A DNA stretch of 64,000 bases, taken from the NCBI GenBank assembly GCA_977016875.1, contig CDRNST010000144.1, positions 6,262,001 to 6,326,000 on the forward strand, read 5' to 3'. The notes below the pieces were generated by a model. The model made no database searches, had not been told where the DNA came from, and was given only the letters and a program-made list of their open reading frames with translations. This DNA comes from Pavona decussata. Lineage: Eukaryota. A program made the translations under genes and the position numbers. Positions 63,240 through 64,000 of this stretch are shown in pieces (position 1 is the first letter of the stretch; each line of letters begins with the position of its first letter).

Positions 63240-64000
63240 CTTCAATGGTATATCTTGCTTCTATCGCTTTACCAATCAATTTCAAAAAAAGTCAAGTGAC
63301 ACTCATCAGCAGCAGAAAAGCCAAAAACAAATATAAAAACTTGAAAAGCAGGTTGCAACATAAGCGAACACGACGCGAACACGAAGCGACGACGCGAGTT
63401 GTTTATTACTTCCGTGGGAACAAGTCAACCATCTTTATGCCTGATCTTGCAAATTTCGGCACCGTCAGTCCGTCAGTTCACTGTTGGCGATGTTCTAAAA
63501 TGATAAAATTGTCTGAATATGTTGTGACAAAAGCACAACTCAACTGATCTTTCTGCACTCATGAAGCTACACAAAAGCTATGATAAGGAAATGCTATCCT
63601 ACAAGTTGCCAACAACGATTTCTAGCGAGGTAAAGAGAGGGCGGTGAAAAGGAAGGCGGTTTAAGCGGGGCATGATCTCTGAACTAATGATTGTTTCTTT
63701 TCACAAATACAACTGTAACACGTTAAATGGTCATAAAACTTACCATGTATCATACCATGAGCTTAACCTTCATATGCAGTCCACGCTACACCAAAATCAG
63801 ACGTACAAGTTGAATCTCAGTCAGCCTGTAAGATATCTGTCCAAAATAAACCAAATTTAAGTAGCAAACGTGTTAAGGTGCATCACACAAAATTATCAAG
63901 CATTAGAAAAGATACTTAAACCGGAAACCAAAATTACCCAACACTCCAACTTGATGCCGAATTTCAACTTTGTAAAAAACATTCTATACGCTGAGAACAC

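Overview
AT-rich eukaryotic genomic DNA with GT-AG introns and many microsatellites, MITEs and tRNA-derived repeats. The repeat types suggest an anthozoan cnidarian, probably a stony coral (inference from recall, not a search). Two spliced genes can be reconstructed, both on the minus strand. (1) A rhodopsin-family peptide-type GPCR, join(13878..13544,12433..11671), 365 aa, with an intron splitting the Arg codon of DRY. (2) A type-I membrane protein, join(53753..53684,53301..52342,45664..45485,44518..44168,43654..43002), 737 aa, with signal peptide, GOGO/THSD1-like Cys-spaced region, TSP1, CUB, TM and cytoplasmic tail, i.e. a golden goal/THSD1-like receptor. The ~28 kb between them is non-coding. 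It holds a diverged duplication of a promoter plus non-coding first-exon module, both copies keeping a splice donor and an RFX X-box-like site. It also holds a 2.5 kb Mutator-like element with a 9-bp TSD and several TTAA-flanked, partly nested MITEs. tRNA-derived repeats recur as inverted dimers and as terminally redundant units. Most short ORFs in the supplied track look spurious.
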